In this document: positions 18,422 to 28,000 of the stretch, piece by piece
Layout of the letters: the number at the start of each line of letters is the position of its first letter
How positions within the stretch are numbered: position 1 is the first letter of the stretch
Origin: Cyanobacteria bacterium P01_A01_bin.123
GTDB lineage: Bacteria; Cyanobacteriota; Cyanobacteriia; Phormidesmidales; Phormidesmidaceae
Length of the DNA: 64,000 nucleotides
Direction of reading: 5' to 3'
Assembly: GCA_039815185.1 (NCBI GenBank)
Contig: JBCBZT010000007.1
Span: forward strand, 128,001-192,000
Translations under genes and position numbers: made by a program
Notes under the pieces: model-generated
Seen by the model: only the letters and a program-made list of their open reading frames with translations
Told to the model about the DNA's origin: nothing
Database searches by the model: none

Positions 18422-18437
18422 TGTGACCTGCGTCACA
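18422..18437. promoter_or_regulatory. CRP (SyCRP1)-type box TGTGA-N6-TCACA
   Basis: TGTGAcctgcgTCACA, perfect consensus in a divergent intergenic region. Confidence 0.65.
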
Positions 18438-18557
18438 GAATAGTCTGATATGGGTTACTAAATCTTGCTCGTACAATCACGCAGGCTGGGTTGTGGTGTC
18501 ACGGGAAGTTGGCTGATTACTGGCGATACTGTATTTAATCGCACTAAACGCTTTGCC

Positions 18558-18776
18558 ATGACTTCTCTTGTTTCTCTTCTCCCCGGCGCACTTTCTGAAC
18601 TATTTGCCCGGAGCTCAACCACTGGACAGATTACCCTTGCCGATCGATATGGGTTGATGGCTGCCTTACTAGAAGACGCGCTGACCGAAGAAGATCAGCG
18701 CGTCTTAAATCGCTTGTTGAGAGCCATTTGTAAAGGTCAAATTGCTATCGTAGATGACTTGTCTAACCTGGCGTAG
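18558..18776 (+). CDS. Small conserved-looking cyanobacterial hypothetical protein
   Basis: LLPGALSELF...ITLADRYGLMAALL pattern recognised; function unknown. Confidence 0.7.
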   Translation: MTSLVSLLPGALSELFARSSTTGQITLADRYGLMAALLEDALTEEDQRVLNRLLRAICKGQIAIVDDLSNLA

Positions 18777-18825
18777 GCATTCAATCTGCCGCTAGTCACG
18801 GACAAATTCTGTTGTGCGATTTCCT

Positions 18826-18858
18826 ATGGCGACGTTGTGATCATCACAACGTCGCCAT
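18826..18858. terminator. Perfect 16-bp inverted repeat between convergent genes (bidirectional terminator candidate)
   Basis: ATGGCGACGTTGTGAT-c-ATCACAACGTCGCCAT. Confidence 0.7.
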
Positions 18859-18875
18859 TTCTTTTGGACTTAGAT

Positions 18876-19184
18876 TTAGACGCTCGGGGCAACCACATGA
18901 CGTGCAAGGGGAGAGTCTTGGATCAACAGTGCCAGATTGTGGCGACCTACCACACGAACCCGATCGCCAGGTGCTAAATCCATCTGGGGGCCCACTGCCC
19001 GAGCTTTCCAAAAGCTAGCTTGATATCGGACTCGCCATTCTTTACCGGGATGAACGACCCGGTCGATGACTGCCTCAGCGCTGATATTGCCGGGTTGAGA
19101 GGGTGTGAGACGGAACCCTTGAACTGTTTGTTGTGATTCTGACTCAGCAGCGAAAAAATGAAGCAGATTGTTCAAACCAAGCAT
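18876..19184 (-). CDS. NfeD-like C-terminal OB-fold protein
   Basis: WRVRYQASFWKAR...LAPGDRVRVVGR. Confidence 0.75.
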   Translation of the reverse strand: MLGLNNLLHFFAAESESQQTVQGFRLTPSQPGNISAEAVIDRVVHPGKEWRVRYQASFWKARAVGPQMDLAPGDRVRVVGRHNLALLIQDSPLARHVVAPSV

Positions 19185-19598
19185 GACCCTGACCTCCAAA
19201 TTAGTGACGTGTTCAAAGCGTAGTGGCCGTGCAGACTTCCAGTGACAGCAGCACACATAAGCAAAGCGATAACTAATCAGACAACGTTGGATCTCCAGAT
19301 AGATGGGGTAATATACAGATAAGCGTTATTATCTTTAGGGAGCTATTTCCCTAAAGATAGTATCACTTCTTAGAAATATCAATACTTCGAATGAATTAAA
19401 CCAGTCCAAAGACCCCAAATACATCTCAGTGATCGGGCTGTATTGCCCCATGTCAGGGAACTTTACGGGTTGTTCAAATTCCTACAAGGAATTTGAAGCT
19501 GAAACAAACCGTTAAGAACTTTAGGCCCAGGACTGCCTAAAGTGTCTTAATCTTTACGAAAATCTATTTGCTGTGTGAGTACTCTTGGAGGAGCGATT

Positions 19599-20018
19599 AT
19601 GGTTGATACCCATGTCAAGTTAGATCCCCTGACTTTGGGCCGTGGAAAGCGTCCGAGGCTGAACAACCAAACAATTGGTATGCGCATGTCAGCCAAGACC
19701 CGACAGAATTTGGAAAAGATTGCCCAAAGCTATGATTGCTTGTACGGGGGTAAGCCCTGGATTGCTGGTCTACTTGAGAAAATTGCGGCTGGACAGTTAA
19801 TCGTTGTGCCTGCTCCCCCGCTGTTGTCCGACGACTTAAATGCTGAAGCTGTGAATTCTAAAACGCCGCAGTCCTTAAATCGAATTAACCCAAAGCAGGG
19901 TATGAAGAATCGGCTGAAGAATAAACACTACAATTCTCCAATGCCGAGCGAAGGTGCATCTCCCAACAGTTATGAAGACGATTCCGCGAATTTTGATTTG
20001 TCTGGATACCCTAGTTGA
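19599..20018 (+). CDS. Hypothetical protein, possible ribbon-helix-helix DNA-binding N-terminus
   Basis: GGAGG RBS; TIGMRMSAKTRQNLEKIA strand-helix pattern. Confidence 0.55.
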   Translation: MVDTHVKLDPLTLGRGKRPRLNNQTIGMRMSAKTRQNLEKIAQSYDCLYGGKPWIAGLLEKIAAGQLIVVPAPPLLSDDLNAEAVNSKTPQSLNRINPKQGMKNRLKNKHYNSPMPSEGASPNSYEDDSANFDLSGYPS

Positions 20019-20508
20019 TTTGGTCTTAGGGCCTGGTTGGAACGGGGACTATAGCCACTTAGATATTCGATTAGATGGGATTCATCGGCTGCGTGAGTTG
20101 GTTGAAACCGATCGCTTAGTGATTTATGTGCCTCCGCCTTTGGTCTCAATCGTTCAGCTCACCGTCCAGCAAGGCTATGGGGTTGAACAGGCTCATCACG
20201 CGGTTCAAAAAATCTTGAAGTTGTGTAGTACAAATCTAGGCATTGATCACGATCGCATTTTAAGTCAGGCAAATGACCTACTCCTCATTTCAAAAGGGCA
20301 TCTTGACCTTTACGAGGTGATTTTATTACCCGTTGCCAGCGCGTTAAAAATAGATGCTATTGTGGCTCACCGGCCCTCCTTGCTAACCCAGGTATGGATG
20401 GCAGACGATCAAGAGATACCCAGTGTTGATTTTCCAGTGGTAACGGTCAGTGGGTTTATACGCCTGATGGCTGAGCCTCGAACCGGATCGACATGGTCTC
20501 ATTATTAA
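19972..20508 (+). CDS. Degenerate PIN-like domain protein
   Basis: ILICLDTLVDLV N-terminal strand; DLYE...IDAIV pattern. Confidence 0.5.
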   Translation: MKTIPRILICLDTLVDLVLGPGWNGDYSHLDIRLDGIHRLRELVETDRLVIYVPPPLVSIVQLTVQQGYGVEQAHHAVQKILKLCSTNLGIDHDRILSQANDLLLISKGHLDLYEVILLPVASALKIDAIVAHRPSLLTQVWMADDQEIPSVDFPVVTVSGFIRLMAEPRTGSTWSHY

Positions 20509-20659
20509 CACTGTGGTTTCTAGAGAGTTGGGGCATGGGTGTACCCAAAAGAAATTCGCTGTAGTCGGCCAGGGTGTCTAGACCAATCGTGGAAAGCACG
20601 ATTTCAGCTAAAGCCCACACAATGACTCTGATCCAAAGTCTTTTCCACTGAATGCCCAT
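20456..20659 (-). CDS. Small cyanobacterial hypothetical protein
   Basis: W..AEI.L..IGLDTLADYSEF pattern. Confidence 0.65.
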   Translation of the reverse strand: MGIQWKRLWIRVIVWALAEIVLSTIGLDTLADYSEFLLGTPMPQLSRNHSVNNETMSIRFEAQPSGV

Positions 20660-20750
20660 GATGATTGATCCTGAGAACTCAACAGTGAGCTAAATTCCTC
20701 ACTATTAAATTCATAGGTCTAGGTCTTCCAGACTTATGCAGGCCTTCAGA

Positions 20751-21641
20751 TTATTCGCTGTACCAGAGAATATCCGCGATCGCGCCTTCATTGCCCTCAA
20801 CGACAACTGGAGCCGGATTGAGCAACACGATTTGCTGGGTTATCCCTTCTCCTAATCGTCGGCCTACTCGGTCAGGAATACCGTAGCCGTAAACTACATG
20901 TCCTTGTCCTGCCAGGACAACAACCTGAGTATCTGGATGGGTTTGTCTAAATTCGGCAATGCCCATGGCCATCGTTTCATCCCACACCACTTGGGCGGCA
21001 AAGAAGTTGTCAAAGTTAAAATTTCCATGACTGCCGTGGGCGCCAAAAGCAGCTTTGACATAGTTTTGGTAGTCGCGGTTGCTGGTGTCAATGTCAGTGA
21101 TTGGCGGAATGTATTGCAAATCTTCACCTGCCAAGCTGTCTAGCCCTTCACGGGCAACTTTACGGGTCACTTCGGCAGGCGCATTGAGAGCAAGGACGGG
21201 AATTTGGTGGGTTTGAGCAAACCGTAAAATTGGCGCGTAATGCTCCCAGGGGAAACCCCACCGTGTTTCATACTCGCTTTGCTCAATCAGGTCAGCTTCA
21301 CTAATTTCTCCAGAGAGGTAGCGATCGAGCACGGGTTGGAAAGGACGTTGAAACATCTCCATACCAATCGCGAGGTTGGGATTTTCCTGGTGAAGGGCTG
21401 TAATAATGGCCAACTGGGCAGCGTGATCGTCAGTACTATCATGGCGTTCACCCAAGTACATCACATCCGCTGCCACCAAAGCCTCAAAATCCTCAACCTG
21501 TTGAGGAGACAGGCTGTGGGGTGAACTGTCTAAAGCCGTCGCGCCTTGGTCAGCATAGGAGCACCCCACAGCTGAAAATATTAGCAAGCTGCTGCTGAGT
21601 ACCGTTAAGCCTAGATTTAACCACCGCGATCGCTGTTCCAT
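20751..21641 (-). CDS. ChaN-family (EreA/ChaN) lipoprotein
   Basis: AVGC lipobox; YLGERHD, GMEMF, AQVVWDETMA, AGQGHV. Confidence 0.88.
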   Translation of the reverse strand: MEQRSRWLNLGLTVLSSSLLIFSAVGCSYADQGATALDSSPHSLSPQQVEDFEALVAADVMYLGERHDSTDDHAAQLAIITALHQENPNLAIGMEMFQRPFQPVLDRYLSGEISEADLIEQSEYETRWGFPWEHYAPILRFAQTHQIPVLALNAPAEVTRKVAREGLDSLAGEDLQYIPPITDIDTSNRDYQNYVKAAFGAHGSHGNFNFDNFFAAQVVWDETMAMGIAEFRQTHPDTQVVVLAGQGHVVYGYGIPDRVGRRLGEGITQQIVLLNPAPVVVEGNEGAIADILWYSE

Positions 21642-21784
21642 TAATTCTTACTCTAACCCCAACGACTGCTGGTCTCAGATACCAATGTAACTCGGGAAAG
21701 TATGCTCGTAGGAGAAACAAGGATTTAGGAGCCGTAACCTGGAGTTGAAGCGACTTCTTCAAGCCTCTCTCTTACTTTCTCACG

Positions 21785-23212
21785 CTATCCAAATCGCAAA
21801 GTAGTAAACGCAAAGCGAAGTACAAAAACCGCCGCCAGAATCCAGGTCACTACAGGCACCTCACTAGCGCGACCGCTGACGATCTTAGTAAAGGGATAGA
21901 GAATTAAGCCTGCAGCCAACCCCTCTGCGATTGAAAAACCAAAGGGAATAAAGAAAATAGTGACAAAGGATGGCACTGATTCAGTCAGGTCTTCCCAGCG
22001 AATGCTGGTGATGCTAGACATCATGAGTACTCCCACGATCATCAGCGCCGGAGCTGTGGCAAAGGCGGGAATGGCCTCAAAAATTGGCACAAATAGCAGC
22101 GCGATTAGAAACGCGATCGCGGCCACCACTGCCGTCAAACCCGTACGCCCCCCCTCAGCTATCCCAGCGGCTGACTCAGCAAAAGTGGTGACCGTAGAGG
22201 TGCCCATAATCGCCCCGGTTGTGGTGGCAATTGCATCGGCGGATAAAGCTTGATTGGCCCGGGGCAATTCGCCATCTTGATTGATGTAGCCAGCCTGGGT
22301 ACCCACGCCCATCAAGGTACCAATGGTGTCGAACATATCGACGAATAAGAACACGAGCAACACCGCGAGAAAGTCAATAAGATTACTCCCGTTAATTCCG
22401 CCTAATCCAGTAAATGCTGCGCCAAATAAATTGCTAGGGAAAGCTGGGATTGCTATGAAGCCCGAGGGAGGGGTGGCTACCCCTAATATCCAACCTAGAA
22501 TGGCAGTTCCAGCAATGCCCCATAGCAATGCCCCCTTGATGCGCCGAATCATGAACAGAACGGAGATCAAAATCCCGAAGGTGGCCAACAAAGTAGCGGG
22601 TTCTCGGAAACTGCCAAAGGAGGTTTTGGTGACCTCGTTGCTGATAATTAGCCCTGCTCCGCCGATCTCCGTCGCACCAGACAAGCCAATGTAGGCCAGG
22701 AATAATCCAATTCCGACGGTGGTCGAGGCTTTGATACAGTTTGGCACTGCTGTAATCAGATGTCGCCGGATGTCGGTAACGGTCAGCCCAATAAAAATGA
22801 TGCCCTCGATGAGTACACAGGCCATGGCGACTTTCCAGTCAATGCCAAGTCCCAACACAACGGAGTAGGCAAAAAAAGCATTGGTTCCCATGCCAGGGGC
22901 CTGGACAAAGGGATACTTGGCATAAAGCCCCATGACCAGACTGCCGATGGCAGCGGTGATACCAGTCACCACCACCAACTCTCGAAACAAATCCCCAGAC
23001 TCGTTGAGGAACACGGCATCAGACATGATCAGCGGATGCACGACCAGGATGTAAGCCATGGTCATAAAGCTAGTGAGCCCAGCCAGGATTTCGACACGGA
23101 AGCCCGTTTTATAGGTTTCAAATTGAAAATATTCGGCGATCGCAGCCTGCCAACCCGAATAGGGCGGCGGCGGCGGTACAGTTTGTTTCAGGTTGATATC
23201 GCTTTGGCTCAT
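21785..23212 (-). CDS. NCS2/AzgA-family purine permease
   Basis: EILAGLTSFMTMAYI, APGMG, DMFDTIGTL, ESAAGIAEGGRTG. Confidence 0.93.
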   Translation of the reverse strand: MSQSDINLKQTVPPPPPYSGWQAAIAEYFQFETYKTGFRVEILAGLTSFMTMAYILVVHPLIMSDAVFLNESGDLFRELVVVTGITAAIGSLVMGLYAKYPFVQAPGMGTNAFFAYSVVLGLGIDWKVAMACVLIEGIIFIGLTVTDIRRHLITAVPNCIKASTTVGIGLFLAYIGLSGATEIGGAGLIISNEVTKTSFGSFREPATLLATFGILISVLFMIRRIKGALLWGIAGTAILGWILGVATPPSGFIAIPAFPSNLFGAAFTGLGGINGSNLIDFLAVLLVFLFVDMFDTIGTLMGVGTQAGYINQDGELPRANQALSADAIATTTGAIMGTSTVTTFAESAAGIAEGGRTGLTAVVAAIAFLIALLFVPIFEAIPAFATAPALMIVGVLMMSSITSIRWEDLTESVPSFVTIFFIPFGFSIAEGLAAGLILYPFTKIVSGRASEVPVVTWILAAVFVLRFAFTTLRFG

Positions 23213-23510
23213 GACAAAACCCCAGGTAGGAAATTGCGCTTTCAACCTGCGTTTTGCCCTGAGAAAATCTAGCGCAGGCTGCAGGCCCATGCCCCATAAT
23301 TGGTGCTAGAAAAATCCCTAGATCCTTTAGCGTTGTAGGACATCGAAGCGTTTTCATGACACTATCGGTCAGTTCCGATCCATTGTGTTGCAATGAACAC
23401 ACTTTTGGATGCTGTAGAGGATCCCGTCTGTTTCTGGGGGCTATCTACACTGGGACAGTTAGGTCATAACTGTCACTATAAGGATGACGCATACATCCAG
23501 CAGGTAACCC

Positions 23511-23801
23511 ATGAAAAATCTAGTCCAAGCTTTTTATACGTGGTATCGCAACACGCTACGAAACACAAAATATCGTTGGCTAATTGTGGCAGGGACGCTC
23601 GTTTACTTGTTGAGCCCCTTTGATATTGCCCCTGATTTTATCCCCATCATTGGTTGGATCGATGATGGTATTTTAGTTACGCTACTGGTGAGCGAAGTGT
23701 CTTTATTGATGACGGACTTTCTAAAAGGCCGCAGCCGCTCTGTCGCTAATCAAGAGGCTGAAGTAGTGGTAGATCAGGTAATTGACGTGCCAGCGCAGTA
23801 A
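23511..23801 (+). CDS. YkvA/DUF1232 protein
   Basis: YLLSPFDIAPDFIPIIGWIDD. Confidence 0.9.
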   Translation: MKNLVQAFYTWYRNTLRNTKYRWLIVAGTLVYLLSPFDIAPDFIPIIGWIDDGILVTLLVSEVSLLMTDFLKGRSRSVANQEAEVVVDQVIDVPAQ

Positions 23802-23883
23802 AGATTAGCTTTGAACCAGTGAAGACAGAATTTCACTAGGCAATAAAAGATTTGAGTCTCCTCTCTCAATAACCAAAGTGATC

Positions 23884-23920
23884 GCATTTAAAAAAGTGGT
23901 GCGATGGCTTTTTTAAATGC
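23884..23920. terminator. 13-bp inverted repeat between convergent genes
   Basis: GCATTTAAAAAAG...CTTTTTTAAATGC. Confidence 0.65.
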
Positions 23921-23973
23921 CATTGACTGATAAGCGAAGTCTTGATGTTTACCTATCGTAGTGATTTATTCTC

Positions 23974-24528
23974 TCATAGCGCTTCTTCCCTTTTCGTCTG
24001 CAATAGCTGCACGATCGGATCCGCTTCACCTCGCCTTAGTGCATAGTCTAGAGCGGTACGATGCCATTGATCTCTAACTGTTGTATCAGCTCCGTGGTCG
24101 AGCAAAAGTTGGACTAACTCGATATGACCTTTGAACGCGGCCAAAATCAGTGGTGTGACGCCTTCACCATCAATCCAGTTGACATCAGCACCAGCGTCAA
24201 TCAACACGCGAGCAATGTTTGTAAAACCATCTCGGGCCGCATAAGTTAGGGCGGTGTTGGTGGCGTAGATCAAATTGGGGTCGGTGCCTGCTTCGAGCAG
24301 CGATTTCACCGTTTCTACATCCCCTGCTAGGGTCGCCTCAATCAGGGGTGGTGGGTTAGATGCAGGTCTTGTCTCAGAGGCAGAAGATGCTGAGGATTGG
24401 TAAGTTTGATGGCACCCAGTTGGCCCTAATAGCATCAAGGGCACGATCGTTAAAACGCAACTCCACAGACCTATTGCAGCATACAAATGATGGGTTAACT
24501 GTGATCTTTTTTCGATATTTCTAGCCAT
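23974..24528 (-). CDS. Ankyrin repeat protein, probably exported or lipoprotein
   Basis: TALTYAA, TPLILAA, TALDYA repeats; hydrophobic N-terminus. Confidence 0.85.
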   Translation of the reverse strand: MARNIEKRSQLTHHLYAAIGLWSCVLTIVPLMLLGPTGCHQTYQSSASSASETRPASNPPPLIEATLAGDVETVKSLLEAGTDPNLIYATNTALTYAARDGFTNIARVLIDAGADVNWIDGEGVTPLILAAFKGHIELVQLLLDHGADTTVRDQWHRTALDYALRRGEADPIVQLLQTKREEAL

Positions 24529-25049
24529 TTCTCTTGAGTTAAAACCCATCGATTGACAGTTTGATGAAAGTTGATCCATCCAGGCGTGGTGTCGTACGTT
24601 TTAACCAATTCAAACCCGACCTTAGGCAAAATTCGATTGGGGCCAGGATTCATCGCATAAGGCTCACAAAATAAGTTTTTTAGCTTGAATTTCTCGAAAT
24701 ACCCAGTAATGCAGGCTTTAATGAAGAATTTTCCATGGCCACTCCGACGTTGTATGGGTTGCCAAAGATGAAGATGCATGTAGGCTTCAATGCCAAAAAT
24801 GATCTGGTTAATATTGGAATGCCCGATTGGATCATCCTCTAATTTCCAGATTAAGTAGTAAAATTCTTTGTTTTGAATCGAGCGTTCAAAATCTTCAAGT
24901 AAGCGTTGCCGCCATTCAGCTAGGGATGGAAGTTTATTTGGGTCTGCACCCATGCCTTTTAAGAAATCAGGCTCTGCCTGTAAGAAATAATTGATCATGA
25001 GGTCAACATCATTTGACCCCATTTCTCGGATAGTTCGTTTCAAGAACAC
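24495..25049 (-). CDS. GNAT-family N-acetyltransferase
   Basis: RRSGHGK motif A; NPGPNRILPKVGF. Confidence 0.8.
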   Translation of the reverse strand: MFLKRTIREMGSNDVDLMINYFLQAEPDFLKGMGADPNKLPSLAEWRQRLLEDFERSIQNKEFYYLIWKLEDDPIGHSNINQIIFGIEAYMHLHLWQPIQRRSGHGKFFIKACITGYFEKFKLKNLFCEPYAMNPGPNRILPKVGFELVKTYDTTPGWINFHQTVNRWVLTQEKWLEISKKDHS

Positions 25050-25051
25050 CT

Positions 25052-28000
25052 CTACTTGCTGATTGCCTCAACAGCATCACTCACTCGATAATCCTCGGGA
25101 TCTTCGCCAATGTCGCCTACAAATGAAAAGGAGCGGAGCAGGTTGAAAATTTCGTGGGTCATGCCTTCTAGCGTAAGCGCTGGCGGCAAGATGGTAGTTT
25201 GTAGGGCATCGTGTTTAAGGTGGTCAAATTCTCGTCGCAGATAGCGATCGCCGGGTGGGCGGTAGTGCTTGAAGCAGTCCTGGAGTGGACTCTCTAGATG
25301 CAGCTTTTGACCTGACTTTTCAGCCTCTGCTTGGGTGCGTTGTTCTTCGTAGCAGTTCTCGATGTCGTCGAAAATACCCCGCATTAGGTCTGGATAATGT
25401 CCGGAGAGTGCCAAGAGCGCCAAAATAGCCTGCTGTACTTGAGGGCTGGGTTTGGTGCCTCGGGTGCGGCAGACAATTTTGAAAAGCTTGTAGATGTTGA
25501 TCAGGCGTTTAAGGGTGCGGGGAGAGAGGTCGGTTTGTTTGCAGCATTCCAGCAGCATGTTGAATTCTTGACGGCTGAATTCGTTAAATTTGGCACTACC
25601 CGTAGCATTGTCTTGAATCACGACCTGGGAACGCAGATAGGTTTCCAGCGTGTTGGCCATGATCGGTCGTACCCGATAGGGGAGCTGAATGATTTTTTCG
25701 AGATAGTCGGTGCCAGAGGGGCTGCCGTGGCGCAGCAGAATCCCCTTATAAAATTGTTCTAGAGCCCGGGTGATATAGCGCTCATCAATGGCAAGTACGG
25801 CAATGAATAGCGGTGTTTTGACCAAGAGCTGCACGGCTTCGAGCACTGCAACCACGCGATCGGGCGGACACCGATCGAGGTCGTCAATATAGACGATGAT
25901 GCGGGCTGGACCTCTGGGGAAGATTTTCTGGAGTTGTTCCACTTTTGAGCGAAAGGCTTGGCTGGCTGCCGGGGGCGGTAACAGCCGTTGACTTAGGTCG
26001 GCTAGATCGCCTTTTACCTGCTGCATCAACCCTAAATGTTTTTCATAGCTGCCTGCCTGGAGGCGATCGCTAACGAATGCCTCTAGCGATTCATAGACGT
26101 TTTCAGGAATGCGCTGGCGTTGAGTATCGATCTTGTCCTCTAAAACCTTAATTTCGGTTTCTAGCTCACTAATGGCTTCGACTTCGTCCAACTGATTTTG
26201 AAAGATTTCTTCTCGTCGTTTTTCCAGTTGTTGCGAAATCGCCCCGATCTGGATTTCATATTCTTTGACTGCCAGCTTGGTCTCTTCAAACCACTGGTGA
26301 AAACTCTTGAACAAGGCTTGAACACTGACGATACCGGGTGTGAGTGGAGCTAGAAATGCAATCAGCCTGGAGGAAAAACTATCTATGCTTACATCTAGCC
26401 ATGCCAAAGTCTGCTCAACGGCTATCGGCAAGACAATCGCCAACACCATCAAGATCAGAACAAGCCCCAGCAGGCGTACATTTTTCCGGCACCATGTCCA
26501 GAAACTAAAGAAGTCGATTTGTCCATATCGCCTTTCCATGACGTCAGCCGTCACCAATCGAATCATTGCCTTAAGATGATTGGTATCAATTGGTTCTAGG
26601 GTTTCTGATGCGGCGTCGCTATCGAGTTGGGCTTTGATCTTGCGGGTGATTTCTTGGTTAATCTGCTCGAAGACGGTTTTGCTAACACGATTAGACAACA
26701 AAATTGAAATCGGCCCCGTCAACTTATTGATCAGTTGATAGAACTGATCGTTATCGATTTTGCTTCTAATCGCCTGGGTTTCTTGCTGGAGTGCTGCTTG
26801 TTTGCGTTTGAGTTCTGCCTCAAGTTCTTTGAGCTTCTGATTTTCGGCTTGATAGGTTTCCCCAAGCTGTTGCCAGAGGGCGTTATCTACCTCTTCCTGG
26901 TTGTTGATGTCTTGAAATTGGGCCAGTTGTTCTGGGCTTAAGACCCGTTCTAAAAACCACTGTCGATCTTCATCACCTGATTTGTAGAGCACGGGCCAAT
27001 ATTGCCCTGCTGCACACAACACCTTGGCCCGTGATTCAGCGTTATTGGGTTGCTCGGCCAGAACTCTAGCGAGCTTCTGTTCAAGGGAAATCTGGCGATT
27101 TAGCTCCAAAAAGATGGTCTGCATTAAGCTGGCCCAGAGATCAGACTTGGCAAAAGTCCAAGCATCAAATTTAATTTGATACACATGGCCGACGTAGGGG
27201 GAGAGCCTTTCGTGATTGGGATCTAGGTTCCAGGCTTCAGTGTCCGGGTGGATAGGGCGACTACGTATCTCAGTCATGCGCGATTGCATCAAGTGCATGA
27301 TGTAAGATTTGCCGCCCCCCCAGCCGCCCAGAATGCCAACCGTCATTGGGGGTTCTAGGTCTCGCATGAGCAGCAGATCGGTCAAGGCGTTGACCTCGTC
27401 TTTGAGGTTGAGCAGGTCTTCATCTTGGGCCGATTCGTTGCGCAAGCTGCCGCCCTTGAGGGCATCGCGATACCCCCTAGCCATCAGATAGAGGGCACGT
27501 TGCCAAAGTTCAATGGTGATCGGCTGACCTAGGCGGTGCTCCCGAGTGACCTCTCGGTTAATGCGCATGGGGAGATGGGGGCTTAGGGCAACCAATGTTT
27601 TACCCCGAGCTAAGGGCTGCTCAACTGTGGCGGCGATGTCTGTGACTTCGGGCAAAATTTCTGGCATTTCGATAGCCAGGGTGCTGAGTTGTTCAACGCT
27701 TTGCACGAGGTTGCTCAGTTGCTGGGCGCTAGTTTTGGCTTCGCTGCGAAACTCTGGAAATTTGCAGGCTAGGGCAACTAGGGCAGTTGTACGGAAATAC
27801 AGCTCGCCAATTTCGCGAATGACGTTGGCTGCTTCTAAACGCTGATTGTGATGCAATCTGGGAATCAGGCGTTTGAGGCATCTTACTTCTAAGTCATGAT
27901 TACCCAAGCCTCGAATTTGGCGGAGTGCTGCGGGTTGATATGCATGACCGCTGGGGTGACTGGCTATTTCTACCAACGCTTCGGCTTTGCGATGGGGGCT

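Noticed and set aside
23290..23510. Purine or xanthine riboswitch upstream of the NCS2 permease
   Set aside because: No matching conserved core found by eye on the coding strand; an Rfam scan is needed.
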